Source of the DNA: Escherichia coli
GTDB taxonomy: Bacteria; Pseudomonadota; Gammaproteobacteria; Enterobacterales; Enterobacteriaceae
Assembly: GCF_041248615.1 (NCBI RefSeq)
Contig: NZ_CP158425.1
DNA length: 64,000 nt
Strand: one strand, 5' to 3'
The translations under genes were made by a program, and so were the position numbers. The notes below the pieces were generated by a model. It worked only from the letters and a program-made list of their open reading frames with translations, made no database searches and had not been told where the DNA came from. Positions 8,955 through 20,026 of this stretch are shown piece after piece; position 1 is the stretch's first letter; every line of letters starts with the position of its first letter.

Positions 8955-11636
8955 ATGGAAGCTATCAATAATTACAATAGCGGTTTAAATCGCCATCAAT
9001 TAGGTGGGTTTATCCCTGTTTACGATCAATTAGCAGGGACTCACTATTTTTTGATTGATGGCAACAGATTAGGGTTTATGTTTATCTGTAATCCATCACC
9101 TGGAGTTTTTGATAATCAGCAAGATGTTCTTGCTGAAATGTTCAAAATGGATTTTCCTACAGATACTGTCTGTCAAATATCTCTGACTGCATTGCCAGAC
9201 TTGACTTTACAGCTTAGTGCTTGGTCAGCTGTGCGAGGTGGGCGTATGACTGGGAACGATAAGCTTAAAGCAGATCTGCTTAATGGTTATCAGTTGGACT
9301 ACTACGACAGAAGTATGCATAAGCCTTTAAAACCTGATCATGATAACCTTATGTTGAGGGATTTTCAGGTATGGATCTCGCTATCGATTCCTTTACAGTC
9401 TGCCCTTCCTACCGAGCTGGAACATTCGCGTATCGATTCACTTTACTCTGAACTTGTAAGTAAGTTAATTACGATTGGACTGCATCCGTTTAAGGTCGAT
9501 GCAGAAAACTGGCTCTATTGTATAGATAAGGTCGTAAACCCCGGAAAGAACTCTCGGTGGGCTGAAGGTTTTATAGACGTTAACACTATGAAAAGGCTTA
9601 ATGAACAAGTTAACGTTCCCGGCCGTAAGTATACAGTCACAGAAAATCATTTCTCATCAGTCACACAAAGTGACGACGAATCTGAGCATCGTTACTTCAA
9701 ACAACTTTCCGTTGTAAAGTTTCCTGAATACGTCAATTTCGGTTGTATGTATGAGTTAGTAGTTAACTGGATGCATGGACGTAAGACAATTTTCAGCCCA
9801 TTTATGATCACTCAGACTGTTCAGTTTGCCGATCCGCTCAAGTTGTCAAAAGAAAACGTCCGCTACAAAGCAATCACTAATAAACAGGCAAGTATACCTT
9901 CAGTTGTCACATTCTGCCCTCGCCTGCGGGATATGGATAATGACTACATGGCCGTAACTCGCGAGCTTGAGGATGGCGCAAAGCTTTTAAGAGGGTATCT
10001 TACTTTCACTGTTATGGGTAGTAATGCCAATTCTGTGCAGACAGCAGCTAACGATCTCAAATCCTTTTACCTCGAAAGCCGGGTCAAAGTAGCAGATGAT
10101 TCCTTTATCGTTTTCCCGTCATTTATGTCATGTCTGCCAATGTGCAATGACCCAAAGACAATTTTCGACCTTGACCGATCCGAAGTAGTGAGCAACACCG
10201 GAGCGGCTCATATGACGCCGATCTTTGGGCCCTGGAAAGGTAATACAGATAGACCAGTACTGAGTTTAGTTTCTCGTGAAGGTCAACTCATGGGACTTGA
10301 TATTTTCAAGACTTCTGCAAGCTATAACATGGTTATTGGTGCAACGTCAGGTGCAGGCAAGTCATTCTGGACAGCATATCTAATCAATAACTATCTTGGA
10401 GCTGGACCGCGATCTAATAACCTCGTTCATTATCGCTCAACATTTAAGCATTTTTTAGAAAACGAATACCCAGATGATGATCCTGATGGTGCTCAAGTTT
10501 TTGTAGTGGACGTGGGGCGTTCTTACCAGGGGATTGCGGAACAATATACAAACAGTCAATTTATTGATTTCGGTAAAACCCCTGACTTCACCCTAAATCC
10601 CTTTGCCTTCCTAACTGACATCACTGTTAACGACGATGTATTTAACGAAGCACCTGAATTTACCGGTGAATCAACTTCAAACGATGCAGAAAAAGACAAA
10701 GTTGCTCAGACCATAATGGTTCTGAATCAGCTAAAAATTATGGCTTCAGAGAAAGGCCTTATCGATGATTATCAACAATCAGTGATGCTTCAGCTTATTG
10801 CAGAAGAGTACCAGGAATCCAGAAAATCAGGTCGGACCGGTTCAATAACCGGCTTTGCTCTGCGTTGCAAGAAGCATGAAGACAAACGTATAAAGGATAT
10901 TGGGGAGCAACTCGGAGCATGGTGCGAAGGTGGAATTTATGGGCACCGGTTTACCGATACGTTGCCTCCAATCAACTTCGACAGCAGATTTATTGTTTTG
11001 GAACTGGAGGAGCTAAAAGGCACCCCCCACCTTCAGACAGTTGTTTTAATGTCTATCATTCAGGCTGCTCAGCATGCAATGTTCATCAAAAAAGATGGGC
11101 GTCGTCGCTTGTTCATCCTAGATGAAGCTTGGGAGTACATTCGTCCTGATAATTCATCAGGTGCCGGAAATCAATCAAACCAATTCTTCTCTTCCTTCCT
11201 CGAAGCGGCATGGCGTAGGTTCAGGAAAACAAACTGCGCTGGCATCTGTATCACACAGTCGTTTGAAGATTATTTTACTTCTTCTGTTGGCCGGGCCCTG
11301 ACTGCTAACTCGCCTTGGAAGATAATCATGAAACAAGAAAAAGAAAGCATTGAAGCAATGAAGGCTAATAAATATTTTTCTACTTCAGATGCAGAATATG
11401 AACGAATGAAAAATATTCGTACAGTCAAAAAGGTGTTTTCAGAGATGTTAGTCAGGTTCGAAAACTTCCAAGAGATCTGTCGGTTATACGTAGACCGGAA
11501 AATGGAGCTTTGTTTTACTACGGATAGTGCTGACAGGAGTAAATTATGGGAAATTCAAAGCCGCGAGAATTGTAGCTATGGCGAGGCAATAGAAATTCTC
11601 TATGCTCAAGAAGTAGCAGCGGGTTTGGCCGCGTAG
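8955..11636 (+). CDS. trhC: TraC/VirB4-family type IV secretion ATPase
   Basis: 893-aa ORF with Walker A (GATSGAGKSF) and a DE-type Walker B region (FILDEAWEY); size and operon position typical of F-type TraC. Confidence 0.9.
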   Translation: MEAINNYNSGLNRHQLGGFIPVYDQLAGTHYFLIDGNRLGFMFICNPSPGVFDNQQDVLAEMFKMDFPTDTVCQISLTALPDLTLQLSAWSAVRGGRMTGNDKLKADLLNGYQLDYYDRSMHKPLKPDHDNLMLRDFQVWISLSIPLQSALPTELEHSRIDSLYSELVSKLITIGLHPFKVDAENWLYCIDKVVNPGKNSRWAEGFIDVNTMKRLNEQVNVPGRKYTVTENHFSSVTQSDDESEHRYFKQLSVVKFPEYVNFGCMYELVVNWMHGRKTIFSPFMITQTVQFADPLKLSKENVRYKAITNKQASIPSVVTFCPRLRDMDNDYMAVTRELEDGAKLLRGYLTFTVMGSNANSVQTAANDLKSFYLESRVKVADDSFIVFPSFMSCLPMCNDPKTIFDLDRSEVVSNTGAAHMTPIFGPWKGNTDRPVLSLVSREGQLMGLDIFKTSASYNMVIGATSGAGKSFWTAYLINNYLGAGPRSNNLVHYRSTFKHFLENEYPDDDPDGAQVFVVDVGRSYQGIAEQYTNSQFIDFGKTPDFTLNPFAFLTDITVNDDVFNEAPEFTGESTSNDAEKDKVAQTIMVLNQLKIMASEKGLIDDYQQSVMLQLIAEEYQESRKSGRTGSITGFALRCKKHEDKRIKDIGEQLGAWCEGGIYGHRFTDTLPPINFDSRFIVLELEELKGTPHLQTVVLMSIIQAAQHAMFIKKDGRRRLFILDEAWEYIRPDNSSGAGNQSNQFFSSFLEAAWRRFRKTNCAGICITQSFEDYFTSSVGRALTANSPWKIIMKQEKESIEAMKANKYFSTSDAEYERMKNIRTVKKVFSEMLVRFENFQEICRLYVDRKMELCFTTDSADRSKLWEIQSRENCSYGEAIEILYAQEVAAGLAA

Positions 11637-11666
11637 AGTAAATATCTTCAAGCAAAAACAATTAAA

Positions 11667-11697
11667 CCAGATGTCTCATAAGAATCTGGTTTTTTAT
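11667..11697 (+). terminator. Intrinsic terminator candidate after the TraC-like gene
   Basis: Stem CCAGAT/ATCTGG (11667-11672, 11684-11689) with 11-nt loop, followed by a T-run. Confidence 0.45.
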
Positions 11698-12060
11698 TGT
11701 ATGCCTTAAGTAAACAAATGAGGTTATGACTTAATGAGTTCATCACTGTGCTGCAAATTTTGGTTTTATAATTAATATGGCTTAAAAACAGTGACATAAT
11801 TACAAATCGCATTTAGGTTGTGTACGCATTAAGTAAACAAAATTTATAACATCAATACTGACTTTATAAGATGAAATTCACGTAAATTACATTTTTGTTT
11901 ACCAAAGGTAATCAAAGGAGCGCGGCATTATTAGTGAAAACAGATCACTGGTGTCATATTGCATACAAAACTTAATATCCTTTAATCATTCTTCTAAAAG
12001 TTTAATATTAACGCTTTGGTTTATGAAAATTTATCCAATTTGCTCACCGAAGACTTTTAA

Positions 12061-15000
12061 CTTATTTAACCCCCTTTATCGCCAATCTGTGATTTTCTAA
12101 TGTTAGCCTACAGTTCTAGGGCCCTTGCTCCCATGATGCGAATCCTTCCACCTAATAAAGATTAACGCCTCATTCCTGTATGCCGGTCTTACGACGCCAG
12201 TGCACGGACAATTTTTGGTCATCACAAGGCCAGGCGGGAGATTTAATCAGGGCGTGGTGTTCCTTTGCAGCAGCTGCGGCACTGTAAGCCGAAGGCGGAA
12301 TTAACTCCTTTATCGCCATCTGGGGACGTCATTAGGGGTACCCCTTTTAACTTGCTCAGGACCATTAAGCTAAAATTCCGGATAGTGATTGACGTAAGAT
12401 TTAGGCTAAGCAGGTAAAGTGATCCCCGCTCCCGGGGTGACCACTTTATACAAAAGGCCGATCGGAAGATTGTCCTTAGGGAAATATTCCTTTAACACAG
12501 CACGGGCACTTACTGCCGCTGCCGGATTTAACCCCCTTAATCGCCAAACTGGGGTACTGTCCTGATGCTGGCCTTCCGTCCTGGGCAGGGTTGCTAACAC
12601 TTGCTCCCATGATACGAAATGCGCCAGCTGATACAGATTAACGTCTCATTACTCCATGCCGGTCTGCCGAAACTGGTGCATAGCTTTTTTCGATATTCGC
12701 ATGAACAGACGCTTGATTTTTTCAGGTTGTAATATACCTGAGCAGCATCTGAAGGCACTTTCAGTCGCTGTCAGATTTAACCCCCTTAATCGCCAAACTG
12801 GTGTTCTGTCCTCATGCAGGCCTTCAGTTCTGAGCTGGGTTGCTATCACTTGCTCCCATAATGCGAAATGTACCTGCTGATACAAATTAACGTCGTATTC
12901 CTGTATGCCGGTCTGCCGACACCAGTGCTCGGGCTATTTTCGGTCCTAACAAGACCTGGCGAGAGATTTAATCAGGGCGTGGTGTGACTGAGCAGCAGCT
13001 GGGGCACTGTTATCCGCTTGCAGATTTAACCCCCTTAATCGCCACACTGGGGTTCAGTCCTGATAGTGTCCTTCCGTCCTGGGCTCGGTTGCTAACACTT
13101 GCTCCCATGATACGAAATGCGCCTGCTGATACAGATTAAAGTCACATTACTGCATACCGATCTGCCGACTCCGGTGCATGGCTTTTTCCGATAATCACAA
13201 GGACGGACGGGTGATTTTATCTTTGCATAGTATGTCTGAGCAGCATCAGAAGGCTCTGTCAGCCACTGGCAGATTTAACCCCCTTAATCTCCAAACTGGG
13301 ATCAGTCCTGATAGTGTCCTTCCGTCCTGGGCAGGGTTGCTAACACTTGCTCCCATGATACGAAATGTGCCTGCTGATACAGATTAAAATCACATTACTG
13401 CATACCGGTCTGCCGACACCGGTGCATGGGCGATTTCCGACGATCTCAAGAACATATGGGAGATTATATCAGGGAGAGTAGTATGCCTGAGCAGCATCTG
13501 AAGGCACTGTCAGCCGCTGTCAGATTTAACCCCCTTAATCGCCAAACTGGTGTTCTGTCCTCATGCAGGCCTTCAGTTCTGAGCTGGGTTGCTATCACTT
13601 GCTCCCATAATGCGAAATGTACCTGCTGATACAAATTAACGTCGTATTCCTGTATGCCGGTCTGCCGACACCAGTGCTCGGGCTATTTTCGGTCCTAACA
13701 AGACCTGGCGAGAGATTTAATCAGGGCGTGGTGTGACTGAGCAGCAGCTGGGGCACTGTTATCCGCTTGCAGATTTAACCCCCTTAATCGCCACACTGGG
13801 GTTCAGTCCTGATAGTGTCCTTCCGTCCTGGGCTCGGTTGCTAACACTTGCTCCCATGATACGAAATGCGCCTGCTGATACAGATTAAAGTCACATTACT
13901 GCATACCGATCTGCCGACTCCGGTGCATGGCTTTTTCCGATAATCACAAGGACGGACGGGTGATTTTATCTTTGCATAGTATGTCTGAGCAGCATCAGAA
14001 GGCTCTGTCAGCCACTGGCAGATTTAACCCCCTTAATCTCCAAACTGGGATCAGTCCTGATAGTGTCCTTCCGTCCTGGGCAGGGTTGCTAACACTTGCT
14101 CCCATGATACGAAATGCGCCAGCTGATACAGATTAACGTCTCATTACTCCATGCCGGTCTGCCGAAACTGGTGCATAGCTTTTTTCGATATTCGCATGAA
14201 CAGACGCTTGATTTTTTCAGGTTGTAATATACCTGAGCAGCATCTGAAGGCACTTTCAGTCGCTGTCAGATTTAACCCCCTTAATCGCCAATCTGGGATT
14301 TTCTGATGTTAACCTACAGTTCAAGGCCCTTGCTCCCATGATGCGAACCTTGCAACCTGATAAAGATTTAAGCCTCATTCCTGTATGCCGGTCTTACGAC
14401 TCTAGTGCACGGGGACTATTTTCGGTCATAATAAGACCTGGCGGGAGATTTAATCAGGGCGTGGTGTGACTGAGCAGAAGCTGGGGCACTGTCAGCCGCT
14501 GGCAGATTAAAACCCTTTATTCGCCATCTCAAGACGTCATTATGGGTAGTCCTTTTAACTTTCTAAGGACCATTAAGCTTAAACTCCGTTTAGAGAATGA
14601 CGTAAGATTTAGGCTAAGCAGGTTAAGTGATCCCCGCTCCCGGGTTGAACACTTTATTCATCGTACGAGCGAAAGATTGTCCTTCGGGAAATATTTCTTA
14701 TACACCGCTCGGGCACTTACAGCCACTGGCGGATTTAACCCCCTTAATCGCCAAACTGGGGTACTGTCCTGATGCTGGCCTTCAGTTCTGGGCTGGGTGG
14801 CTATCACTTGCTCCCCTAATGCGAAATGTGTCTGTTAATACAGATTAACGTCATTTTCCTGCGTGCCGGTCTGCCGACACCAGTGCACGGCCTTTTTTCG
14901 GTCATTACATTACCGGGCAGGAGATTTTATCAGGGCGTGGTGTTACTGAGCAGGAGCTGGGGCACTATCAGCAGCTTGCATATTTAACTCCCTTAATCGC

Positions 15001-15640
15001 CAAACTGGTGTTCTGTCCTCATGCTGGCCTTCAGTTCTGGGCTGGGTTGCTATCTCTTGCTCCCATAATGCGAAATGTATCTGCTGATACAGATTAACGT
15101 CATATTCCTGTATGCCGGTCTGCCGACACCAGTGCTTGGGCTATTTTCGGTCATAACAAGACCTGGCGAGAGATTTACTCAGGGCGTGGTGTGACTGAGC
15201 AGCAGCTGGGGCACTGTCATCCGCTTGCAAATTTAACCCCCTTAATCGCCAAACTTGGGTTTTGTCCTGATGCTGGCCTTCCGTTCTGGGCGGGGTTGCT
15301 ATCACTTGCTCCCATCATGCGAAAAGTGCCTGCTGATACAGATTAACGTCATATTCCTTCATGCCGGTCTGCCGACACAAATGCACGGGCTTTTTTCGGT
15401 CCTTACAATACCGGGCAGGAGATTTAATCAGGGCGTGGTGTGACTGAGCAGCAGCTAGGACACTGTCAGCCGCTGGCAGATTTAACCCCCTTAATCGCCA
15501 CACTGGGGTTGCCTCCTGAAGTTGGGTTTCAGTTCTGGGCTAGGTTGCTAACTCTGCTCCCATAATTCGTAGTGGGCCTACTCAAGAGATTAACACCTCA
15601 TATCTTTAGACTGGACTGACGACAACGATTCACAGTTAGG
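12061..15640. repeat. Tandem array of about 14 direct repeats of ~249 bp with nested higher-order duplications
   Basis: The motif GATTTAACCCCCTTAATCGCCA(A/C)ACTGG recurs at about 12524, 12773, 13022, 13271, 13521, 13771, 14020, 14268, 14732, 14982, 15229 and 15478, with diverged copies at about 12062, 12300 and 14505. A 749-bp block is near-identical at 12650-13398 and 13399-14147, and the 12061-12600 flank is echoed at 14270-14810. Confidence 0.9.
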
Positions 15641-15973
15641 AAACGTAAATCAGCACACCGGTGAGATAGATTTTAGGGTCTAAGCAAGAAATAGGGTAGG
15701 CGTGAAGATTCATTAATGGAGCTCATAACGTCAAAGCGTAGAGAAGTCGACAAGAATCGTGGTTTAAAAAGAATGAGCATTAGGTATGGACTAGAGAGTC
15801 TGAGCTCTCATCTGCAAGTTAAGCTCACAAAAAATCATAAAAAAGTAAACAAACATTAGCTTAGGATTGAAACAAAGGATAGAATTGTACGTATAACAAT
15901 GAAATGGACGCATTATGCGTAAAGTTTACATATATGCGTAAAAGTCGGTTTTCAGTGCAAAAAGGTCATAACC

Positions 15974-17227
15974 ATGAATTTACTTGAAAAGATCGCCCTC
16001 GTTGGTCAGCGCATGAAAAGCGAGCAGATTTCTCTTAAGGAATCTCTGATGGCTTCATCAAGAGTATCTGTTTCTGATGATAGTGTTGATGGTGTTGATA
16101 GACTGATCTACAACCACTGTTTAAATAAAAAAAATCTCTCTGATTTTTTTGGGAAGTCACGAGTAACGTTCAATAAAATACTTTCGGACTTAGAAGAAAA
16201 AGAAGTTGTTGGTGCACCTATTTATCAAAACAAAAATCATCTTTACACCCGCTGGGATGTTCAAAAAATAATGGATGCCCTGGGTTATCCCAAGTACCGC
16301 GATCATTACTTTAGCAGAGCTATTGTTACTCAGAATCATAAAGGCGGTACAGGGAAAAGCACTACATCTGTAGCTTTAGCAGTAGCAGCTGCTTTAGATC
16401 TACAACTGAATGCACGTGTATTAATGATCGAATGGGACCCACAAGGTTCGATTGGAAGCAGCATGATTCAAAGTGTCTCAGAAGATGATGTCTTCCTTAC
16501 AGCAATTGATGCAATCCTTGGAATTTATGAAGAAAATTCTGAGTATAAAAAATATTTAGATTCAGGATTCTCTGAAGAAGAAATCATCACTAATATGCCT
16601 TTTTCAACGCATCTGCCAAACTTGGACGTGATAACGGCATTTCCGACAGATGCTCGTTTTAAAGATAAATACTGGCAATGTTCTAGAGAAGAACGAACGT
16701 CTTTGTTACTACGTTTCAAGGAAGTTATCTTACCGGTACTGAAGCAGAACTATGATTTGATTATTATAGACACTCCACCTGAAGATTCACCTTTGATCTG
16801 GGCTGCTGACGAAGCGGCCGATGGGATTCTTGTCGCAGTGTCACCACGTGAATATGATTACGCCTCTACTACAGACTTCATGCTTACAATAAGTGAAAGG
16901 TTTAAACAATCACCAAGTAAGGGCGATAATTTAAAATGGTTCAAAGTTCTTGCTGTCAATGTTGATGACAAAAGTCCATATGAAAGAATAGTTTTGGATA
17001 AATTAATCAGAACTGTTCAGGACCTTTTGATGTCCGCTAACATAAAAAATTCTGAAGCATTTAAGGCAGCTGCTTCCAAAGGGCGTACAGTGCTTGATAT
17101 CAAAAAATCAGAGGAACTTTGTTCCGCAAAGCAACTTGATGTCGCAGAAGAATCTGTATTACAGGTATATCAACAATTTATAAATGAAATAAAAAGTTTT
17201 TCAGCTAAGCAAGGAGTTAACGCATGA
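15974..17227 (+). CDS. parA: Type Ia partition ATPase ParA (SopA/P1-ParA-like, N-terminal HTH extension)
   Basis: 417 aa; deviant Walker A (KGGTGKST) preceded by a ~110-aa N-terminal domain; translationally coupled to the downstream ParB-like gene. Confidence 0.9.
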   Translation: MNLLEKIALVGQRMKSEQISLKESLMASSRVSVSDDSVDGVDRLIYNHCLNKKNLSDFFGKSRVTFNKILSDLEEKEVVGAPIYQNKNHLYTRWDVQKIMDALGYPKYRDHYFSRAIVTQNHKGGTGKSTTSVALAVAAALDLQLNARVLMIEWDPQGSIGSSMIQSVSEDDVFLTAIDAILGIYEENSEYKKYLDSGFSEEEIITNMPFSTHLPNLDVITAFPTDARFKDKYWQCSREERTSLLLRFKEVILPVLKQNYDLIIIDTPPEDSPLIWAADEAADGILVAVSPREYDYASTTDFMLTISERFKQSPSKGDNLKWFKVLAVNVDDKSPYERIVLDKLIRTVQDLLMSANIKNSEAFKAAASKGRTVLDIKKSEELCSAKQLDVAEESVLQVYQQFINEIKSFSAKQGVNA

Positions 17228-18228
17228 GCGATGAGCAACATATCGGGAATGATAAATCTCGATATTTAAACGCACCAAAGCGGACAGAAGTCGGTCACCG
17301 TTCAGGTCTTGCGGGTTTGAAAACAGCACCTCGCATAAAAAAGTTATTCACTCTTCATAAGGGCCGAAGACTTGAAGCGGAACATGTGATTGTTCCAGCC
17401 CAGAGAGTGGAGAAGGAGACCTTAGTCCATCCAGCAAACCCACGAAATCAAGAAGCCCTTACAGATTATTCTGTTAGAGATATTCTTAAGCAGATTGAAG
17501 AAAGAGGGGTCGATACCGAAGGGATCGCTGTAAAAAGAGATGGGGTTTATTTATTAATAGAAGGAAGTCGCAGACGTTTCTGCTGTATAAAGGCAGAAAA
17601 GGATCTCCCCCTGTGGGTACTACCGGATGAACTAACCGAAGATGATATAAATTCAATTATATCCGCAGCACAAACATCTCGAAAATTTTCATATAGAGAA
17701 GTTGGGTTTCAATTTATCAAGAAAATGGAAGAAAAGGGATTTTCTACTAATGAAGAACTCGCAGCATATCTTGGGATTAGTCATGTATCGGTAGCCAAAA
17801 GAATCCAGGCGGCCCGTATTGACGAAACATTGATCTCTTTATTCCCGGATTATGAAGGAATACCGAACTCCTATTATAGTCGCTTGTCTCGTTTACAGAA
17901 ATATGTGCAAAAAAATCTATTTCCTTTAGATGAAGTAATAGATAATGTTAAAGAGGAAACAAAAGATTTAGACATTGGAGATCTCCAAGTTGCCCAAAAA
18001 GTTGTAATGGAGAAAATCACACAATCTGTGGAAAGTGTTTGTGAAAAATCTTATTCCACAAAATGGGAAACAAGTGATCTTATTACTTTTGATAACAAAG
18101 ATAAGTATGCAAGAATCAGTAAAAACAATACTGGAAGAAAAATTCGCATTGAATTCAATAGGATAAGTGCGGGTTTTATTAAGGAGCTAGAGGAGTTCAT
18201 AAAAGAAAAATTAAAAGTATCAGAATAA
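17224..18228 (+). CDS. parB: ParB-like partition protein (centromere-binding)
   Basis: 334-aa ORF overlapping the parA stop by 4 nt; size and operon context typical of type I ParB/SopB. Confidence 0.7.
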   Translation: MSDEQHIGNDKSRYLNAPKRTEVGHRSGLAGLKTAPRIKKLFTLHKGRRLEAEHVIVPAQRVEKETLVHPANPRNQEALTDYSVRDILKQIEERGVDTEGIAVKRDGVYLLIEGSRRRFCCIKAEKDLPLWVLPDELTEDDINSIISAAQTSRKFSYREVGFQFIKKMEEKGFSTNEELAAYLGISHVSVAKRIQAARIDETLISLFPDYEGIPNSYYSRLSRLQKYVQKNLFPLDEVIDNVKEETKDLDIGDLQVAQKVVMEKITQSVESVCEKSYSTKWETSDLITFDNKDKYARISKNNTGRKIRIEFNRISAGFIKELEEFIKEKLKVSE

Positions 18229-18233
18229 ATATT

Positions 18234-18258
18234 GAACTGCATCTTTATGATGCAGTTC
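18234..18258. terminator. Bidirectional terminator candidate between convergent parB and the minus-strand operon
   Basis: Perfect 10-bp inverted repeat GAACTGCATC / GATGCAGTTC around the loop TTTAT. Confidence 0.45.
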
Positions 18259-18289
18259 ATATGATTTATATTTTTAATTTCTTGTTATA

Positions 18290-18679
18290 TTAATATGGGG
18301 TGTGCGCAGGTTCAGACATATAAGGTCTTAGTTCTATATGAACAGAAGCGCCATTCCCATCATTTACTACGTTTAAAGGTGCTTTGCCCGGCAATGACAT
18401 AGTTGCAACGTCAGGTCCAGAAACAGCAAAATTATTTTCTGCTGAAGGCATTACTGTAAAAATCTTTATAGCAACATTTTCATGTCTAAATAAAGAAATC
18501 CCAAAAGTAGAACCAGCTTCGGTATTGCTCACGTCCACAACCACAGGGGTTTTTCCTAGATATTCATTAGTTAGTATGTTTTTTACTAATGCCCCTTCCG
18601 GGACAGTATAGATACGGTATGGATATGCTAAAACTGAGTGACAAAAACATAATAAAATAACAATTAATGTTTTTTTCAT
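18290..18679 (-). CDS. Hypothetical exported protein
   Basis: 129 aa with signal peptide (MKKTLIVILLCFCHSVLA); last gene of a four-gene minus-strand operon with overlapping junctions. Confidence 0.45.
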   Translation of the reverse strand: MKKTLIVILLCFCHSVLAYPYRIYTVPEGALVKNILTNEYLGKTPVVVDVSNTEAGSTFGISLFRHENVAIKIFTVMPSAENNFAVSGPDVATMSLPGKAPLNVVNDGNGASVHIELRPYMSEPAHTPY

Positions 18680-19197
18680 AGATTATCCTCATTCAAAAAT
18701 AAAAGATATAACTCTTGAAAATCGTGGTTATTAATTAGGTCCGCTTTTCCGGGAAAATCGTAACTAACAGAAAATAAAAGAGAAAGAGAATCTTTTCCTT
18801 TTGCTTTGGGAGAGATTCTGCTAAAAGCACGGTTAATAAACATAAGTTGATCTTCATTGTTGAAGCAAAGTCCAAGCATTCCAACCGTAGGAACTACGAA
18901 TGTGCTTACGCTGCCTGGGGGCAAAAGTTGCTTACTACGGGCATTGTAAGCACAACGACTACCACCTAGCGTTAGGCCTGAAAGCTCAATAAAACTTCTG
19001 GTTCCATTCTTGGCGACAAGCCAAACATCAGTTCCTGAACTTTCGACACGTAAAGTAACTTTTCCGTCAGTAAAGGCCTCACTTTTATTGTATAGAATAG
19101 GGTCAAAACCAACTGTCGGGAGTTCTTCGATTTTACTTTCTACTGACTGACAACCAGTCAGTAATGCAAACAATAAAAGTGTGATAACTTTAATCAT
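18676..19197 (-). CDS. Hypothetical lipoprotein
   Basis: 173 aa; lipobox LLTGCQ after the signal peptide; 4-nt overlap with the downstream gene. Confidence 0.45.
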   Translation of the reverse strand: MIKVITLLLFALLTGCQSVESKIEELPTVGFDPILYNKSEAFTDGKVTLRVESSGTDVWLVAKNGTRSFIELSGLTLGGSRCAYNARSKQLLPPGSVSTFVVPTVGMLGLCFNNEDQLMFINRAFSRISPKAKGKDSLSLLFSVSYDFPGKADLINNHDFQELYLLFLNEDNL

Positions 19198-20026
19198 CCC
19201 GCTTCCTTAGATTGTTTTTGGCGCTGGTTATAAAAGATAATGATTCACCGGGGTAGAGAATTGTTTCTTTCGTCCAATAACCATAACCACCGAGGATATC
19301 TTTTCTTTTCTCAATATAAACCGGTTCAGAAAATTCTAAATGTTGATATTTCGGAAGAGATAAGATTTTATATTTTACTTGTCCAACTAAGAGGTAATTC
19401 TTCTCTTTAGGATTGATGGTTACTGAATTACCAACACTTTGAGGTATGTTAAGTTTTTTTATATTTAGATCAGAATCGTCAGGAACGGACACTTGATCAT
19501 TAGATGTCTTTCCGGGAAGAGTAAACCCTTTACCCTGATCCGGTCCAAAGATGGCAATTACATCTTTGTTGTTTCTTGTGATCGAAACGATAGCCTGAAG
19601 GGGCGTATTAGCAAGGTCATTTATAAACGATATAGTTATACTTGATTTAGGCTCGACCCAAACAATGCTTTTTCCGGATGTGCCTTCGCTTAATGCAATT
19701 TTTTCATTTAGTAAGATTTTATTTTTGGCAATGATATTATACTCAAGTTTCGGTATCACCATAAAAAGTGATTCTTTATTTGAAACATTCATGATTTCTA
19801 AGAAATTGGTTTTGGTCATGCTGGTCTTTAGAGCAGGCCTATATTTACCATTTATAAACCACCTTCCGTTTATAAGCTCCGCTTTAGCAGATATAAGTGA
19901 ATCACTTTTCTGAGCGGCAGAAGAAAAAGCATCTTTTCTTTGCTCTTTCTCTTGATGTGGTGCAGCTGCTGCGTGAAGATGCAAAAGTAATGTTGAAATT
20001 GAGATAATCTTCCATTTTATCTTCAT
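19190..20026 (-). CDS. Hypothetical exported protein
   Basis: 278 aa with N-terminal signal peptide; overlaps neighbours at both ends. Confidence 0.45.
   Translation of the reverse strand: MKIKWKIISISTLLLHLHAAAAPHQEKEQRKDAFSSAAQKSDSLISAKAELINGRWFINGKYRPALKTSMTKTNFLEIMNVSNKESLFMVIPKLEYNIIAKNKILLNEKIALSEGTSGKSIVWVEPKSSITISFINDLANTPLQAIVSITRNNKDVIAIFGPDQGKGFTLPGKTSNDQVSVPDDSDLNIKKLNIPQSVGNSVTINPKEKNYLLVGQVKYKILSLPKYQHLEFSEPVYIEKRKDILGGYGYWTKETILYPGESLSFITSAKNNLRKRDD

Noticed and set aside
12406-15503. Many 60-80-aa ORFs inside the 249-bp repeat array, several with identical peptides
   Set aside because: They recur only because the DNA repeats, fall in different frames and strands between units, and lack consistent RBS/start context; treated as non-coding repeat sequence.
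12061-15640. Possible CRISPR array
   Set aside because: Unit length is about 249 bp with internal mosaic variation, not 25-40-bp repeats alternating with unique spacers, and there are no cas genes in the window.
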